Part shown: positions 60,193-64,000 of the stretch, in pieces | Position numbering within the stretch: position 1 is the first letter of the stretch | Layout of the letters: each line of letters begins with the position of its first letter | Sequence record: KF620435 | Strand: one strand, 5' to 3' | Length of the DNA: 64,000 bases | Source of the DNA: Shigella phage pSb-1 | The notes under the pieces: model-generated | The model's input: the letters and a program-made list of their open reading frames with translations, nothing else | Databases searched by the model: none | Told to the model about the DNA's origin: nothing | Made by a program: the position numbers and the translations under genes

Positions 60193-63100
60193 TCAGGGTA
60201 TGGGCACGTAAGCCTTGTCCGAAACCGAATGAGTAACCGAGGTTGCCTGTGCAGCAATACTAAAGATGTTGTCCTGAATAGGCAAACCAACGTTACCAAA
60301 CATGGTAGGAGTTGGAGCCAACATAGCCATAGCAGCATGTACTGGGTTATTACGAATCATGGACACTGCAACTTTTGCAGAACGAATCTTAAAGTTGTAG
60401 AACCACATTAAACCAACACTTTCCATATACCCACGGAATCGACCAGGTAAACGGTCATAGTTAATGAACTCTTCCGTTACACGTCCCAGTGCTTCTTCAC
60501 GAGTCTTACCTTTACGCTGGGTCAATTCATCATAGATGATTGCTTTAGCGATAAAGTCAGAGTACTCAACCGTTTTCTGGATACCCTGGAATAGAGCAGT
60601 ATCCTTAGTGAAAAGTGCATAACGACCTGCGTTACGTACAGACTTAGGCAGCTTATCAGCTAGCTTATCCATGTATTCGTGAAGTTTACCTTCAGTAATC
60701 AGGATGTCATCACGACCAATACCAGCATCTGCAATTGAAGAGAACTCACCAGCTTCTAACAGAGGCCAGATACTCAAACGCTTATGGCTATCCGTAATGG
60801 ACTGAATCTCAGCCTTAAGTTTACGAATCTGGTTCGGGTTAGTAGCTGCACGTAATTCTGCTTCTGCATCTACCTGACGAAGTCGAGATTTCAGGTACTG
60901 GTTAATCTCAGCAGTCTTCTGTGGAATGCTCTTAGCAATGTTCTTAACAGGTACACCACGAGCAACCATCTGGTAAAGGTTAGCCAAGAAGTTAACAGCA
61001 GGTACAATCACTGACTTAACTACAATCAGGGTCTTAGCTTCTTTAACTAAGTTTTGAACCAGATTCTCACCACCCATTACATACTTATAGGCACGGTTGC
61101 CAAATACACCCAACATAGCTTTCTTGAAGGTATCCAGTGTTTCTGGGGACCAACGAGAATTACCAGACCAGGCATCCCCAACAGAAGCTGCACGATAACC
61201 CAGAGCATCATTCAGCATGTCACGACGTACCCACAACTCACCTGGGCCAAACAGACTTTCTGCTTTCTGACGTGTTTCACTGTTCATCAGCTTAAGAGCA
61301 TCAGCAGTCACTGGGTCCAGTTTGGAACCAAGAAGGTTCACGTACTGGGACTTATTAGAAGCAGACATCTTAATGTCGTTCTCATACATGCTATACAGGT
61401 TCTCAATTAGCATATCGTTGAAACGCTGAGCCTTAGCCTCTTCTACCTGACGACCACGCCATACACCGATTGCACGGGCAAGATGGTTTTCACCCTCGAT
61501 GTGCTTCAGCATATTAGGGTCAATGGATTGCTCGTAAGCAACCACATTACCATTGGCATCATATACAGGCAGGAGTGGTTCATTACCACGTTCACCACGA
61601 GCCAGTGCTTTAGTGATACGGTCTACGGAAGGCTTGTCAGTGATACGACCAGCTACCATGGTTCCCATAGTAAAGCCTGTACCAAGGTCTACACCACCAG
61701 CAGTATTGCGAACGTTCTGTAAGATACCTTGGGAGAACGGAGCCTGTGCCTGTACTGGTGCAAAGTAGTAGCTACGTGCCGGTCCACGATTAGCAGAGCT
61801 ACCTTGATAAGTGCCCAGTCGTACATAGGATTTTTCAATCAAATCAGCAAACTGACTATCTTCAGCAACAATCAGGTTAACACCTTGTTTGTTCTCACCG
61901 GGAATATACCCTTTGTACTGGTTCAGGGTTGCACGGCTATCAGACTTGGCTTTAGCCATTTCATCTTTACGCTGACCAACCAGGTAAGAAGTAGCAAAGT
62001 CCATGCCTTCAATTTCTGTCTGAGCCAGTGAAGATAACATCTCACGGTCAGTCTTATTCATTGCTTCCAGTGCATACAGGGTAATGAGTTTATCCAGTTG
62101 AGCTACGTCTACAGTAGAACGTGTAGTCTTACGTTCACCCAGCAAGCGAGAAATTGCAGTAGCATTACGCAGCAGGTTATTACCGACTGTACCGTTAATC
62201 ATGTACTGAGCCAGTTGCTTAGATTTACGGCTAATCAGGGGCCAGTTACGCCCTGCTTGTTTCTGCAAATCTGCTTCCAGTTTATTAACTTCACGGTCAA
62301 CAATCTTCTGGTCAGTCAGCAAGTCACGGATTTCAGCCAGAGACATAGTATCACGCAGGACAGCTAAGTCAGTTTTACCCATGCCAGTATGCATTGCTTT
62401 CCACTCTTCATTAGTCAGTTTACGACTGAACTTAGATGCGATAGTGGTAGGCAAGTGTTCACGGAACTGTTGACGGTCAGCTTGTACCTGTGCACGAACT
62501 GCCTTAATCAAATCGTATACAGAAGCATTGCTCTTAGTACGTCCAATTATGTCATTAACCAGGTCATGGAAAGGTTGCCATACTTTACCCTGGTTCATTG
62601 CAGCCATAACACCTTCCGCTACGATTGAACCATTCTTCTCTGTAGCAATAGCAGCTATCAGTTGTGCAGCATGAGCAGCACCTTTAACCAACGGGTTTTT
62701 GGTATTAGCTGCAACTTCACGAGCACCTTCCAATGCACGGGTAGACAGTACATCAATAGAGTCCACCAGATACTGGTTAGCACGGTCAATAGCATTACCG
62801 GTAGGAGTAGCAACGGAATCATAGAAGGACTCTGCATTAAGACTGGTCTGCATGATTGTCTGAGCCAGTGCATCCATACCTTCCTGTACGTTAGTGGCTT
62901 TAGTATCACCTGCTACACGAGCATTCAGACTAGCCATTGCAGCAGTACCGATGTTAGTCAGCATTGCATCAACGGTATTACCTGATTTCTTATCTGCTTT
63001 CATAACAGGAATGTCAGCCAGTACTTTACGTACCTCTTCACTTACCATTGCCAGGCCAACAAAGGTAGGCAGTAAGGAAGAACGACCCTGTGCATCAAAC

Positions 63101-63879
63101 TCAATGTTGTTAGCACCCATGATGGTATCGAACCTCTGCTGTGCATAATAACGGTCAGCAGGGTTAGTACTATCTGGGTCAGACATGAACGCTTCAACAG
63201 TCAGGTTCTTAGTAACATGTGTGTAGTATTCCTGTGCACGAGCCAAAGCAGCTGGATTAATAGCAGCCTCGGTAGCCAGTGCAGCAACAATATTAGTGAA
63301 GAGACGTTGTTCCTGCATATTCATAGTGAAACCATGAGCCTGAACATCACGAGTTACTTTAGTTGCATTCACTACTGCATCAGAGAACTTACCTTTACGA
63401 ATTACTTGCTGTACTGGCTCTGAACCAATGTAGTCAGTAATCAGCTTATCGAAGGTCTTACCTAGCTCTTCCAGACGGGTATTGTCACCGTATGCTTTGT
63501 TATGGAACAGAGTAGTGTCTTTGGCTACAGCAGCAGTAGGAGCTTGTCCACGCATAACTACAGCAGAGTTAAACAGTAAGCCAGAGAACATATCATCTGC
63601 ATTAGCAGGAGCTTTCTTACGTCCAAATATCAGACGTTTGATTGCTTCATATACAGCCTGAACCATAGTTTTAAGTGCAGTGGTTTTCTTCTGCTTACTA
63701 ATAAGTTCACGGTTAGTTAAGCCCCAAGCCATGTACTCATTCAGTGCAGCAGCTTTAGCCATTGCTGGTTCAATGAAGCCATTAGACAAGTGACCATTAA
63801 TGGTATTCAGTGCATCAGCATATGCTTCACGTACTGCCGGAGATTCATCCTTAACATCCAGAGAACGGAACTGGTTCAT
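60193..63879 (-). CDS. giant virion protein (1228 aa); probably the C-terminal region of the virion-encapsidated RNA polymerase (N4 gp50 position)
   Basis: Last minus-strand gene, convergent with end of early block as in N4; frame is open 14 codons upstream of its ATG and overlaps the end of an upstream ORF. Confidence 0.4.
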   Translation of the reverse strand: MNQFRSLDVKDESPAVREAYADALNTINGHLSNGFIEPAMAKAAALNEYMAWGLTNRELISKQKKTTALKTMVQAVYEAIKRLIFGRKKAPANADDMFSGLLFNSAVVMRGQAPTAAVAKDTTLFHNKAYGDNTRLEELGKTFDKLITDYIGSEPVQQVIRKGKFSDAVVNATKVTRDVQAHGFTMNMQEQRLFTNIVAALATEAAINPAALARAQEYYTHVTKNLTVEAFMSDPDSTNPADRYYAQQRFDTIMGANNIEFDAQGRSSLLPTFVGLAMVSEEVRKVLADIPVMKADKKSGNTVDAMLTNIGTAAMASLNARVAGDTKATNVQEGMDALAQTIMQTSLNAESFYDSVATPTGNAIDRANQYLVDSIDVLSTRALEGAREVAANTKNPLVKGAAHAAQLIAAIATEKNGSIVAEGVMAAMNQGKVWQPFHDLVNDIIGRTKSNASVYDLIKAVRAQVQADRQQFREHLPTTIASKFSRKLTNEEWKAMHTGMGKTDLAVLRDTMSLAEIRDLLTDQKIVDREVNKLEADLQKQAGRNWPLISRKSKQLAQYMINGTVGNNLLRNATAISRLLGERKTTRSTVDVAQLDKLITLYALEAMNKTDREMLSSLAQTEIEGMDFATSYLVGQRKDEMAKAKSDSRATLNQYKGYIPGENKQGVNLIVAEDSQFADLIEKSYVRLGTYQGSSANRGPARSYYFAPVQAQAPFSQGILQNVRNTAGGVDLGTGFTMGTMVAGRITDKPSVDRITKALARGERGNEPLLPVYDANGNVVAYEQSIDPNMLKHIEGENHLARAIGVWRGRQVEEAKAQRFNDMLIENLYSMYENDIKMSASNKSQYVNLLGSKLDPVTADALKLMNSETRQKAESLFGPGELWVRRDMLNDALGYRAASVGDAWSGNSRWSPETLDTFKKAMLGVFGNRAYKYVMGGENLVQNLVKEAKTLIVVKSVIVPAVNFLANLYQMVARGVPVKNIAKSIPQKTAEINQYLKSRLRQVDAEAELRAATNPNQIRKLKAEIQSITDSHKRLSIWPLLEAGEFSSIADAGIGRDDILITEGKLHEYMDKLADKLPKSVRNAGRYALFTKDTALFQGIQKTVEYSDFIAKAIIYDELTQRKGKTREEALGRVTEEFINYDRLPGRFRGYMESVGLMWFYNFKIRSAKVAVSMIRNNPVHAAMAMLAPTPTMFGNVGLPIQDNIFSIAAQATSVTHSVSDKAYVPIP

Positions 63880-64000
63880 CAGGTCTTCAATATTCTGAAC
63901 GGCTTCATTAGGAGTGCTTCATAATGAGCCAGTACAGATTCAAAGGTAGAAGCATGTACCAATTCATGAACCAGAGTCTCTAAGGAAGGGGTAACTAAGT
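63879..64000 (-). CDS. 3' end of an upstream minus-strand ORF (partial); either separate virion gene or upstream part of vRNAP
   Basis: Frame open from window edge to TGA at 63881..63879, overlapping the ATG of the 1228-aa ORF (TGATG). Confidence 0.3.
   Translation of the reverse strand, partial: LVTPSLETLVHELVHASTFESVLAHYEALLMKPFRILKT

Noticed and set aside
1-64000. CRISPR array, integrase, repressor or other lysogeny module
   Set aside because: No repeat-spacer array and no recombinase or CI-like gene found on either strand.

Overview
This 64 kb window reads as most of the genome of a lytic N4-like podophage (Schitoviridae-type architecture). A minus-strand late block (1..21668) carries virion, portal, capsid, lysis, tail and terminase genes. 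A plus-strand early/middle block (21840..58050) starts with a tandem array of six paralogous small genes and continues through a split T7-like RNA polymerase II, an Ig-like decoration-type protein, a MoxR-type AAA ATPase interrupted by a group I intron carrying an HNH homing endonuclease, a metallopeptidase-vWA protein, dCTP deaminase, ThyX, rIIA/rIIB-like genes, a Dda-like helicase, a family-A DNA polymerase, primase, SSB and a resolvase. A structured non-coding region with tRNA-like elements follows (58051..59440), then a convergent minus-strand giant virion protein (60193..63879), probably the C-terminal part of the virion RNA polymerase. No integrase, repressor or CRISPR array was seen. 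The most important caveat is that at least twelve genes, including terminase, helicase, RNAP II, SSB and tail genes, are broken by single-base -1 frame changes, mostly at short homopolymers; this looks like uncorrected sequencing error rather than biology. All calls are by eye from the sequence and the ORF track; no database search or folding program was run.
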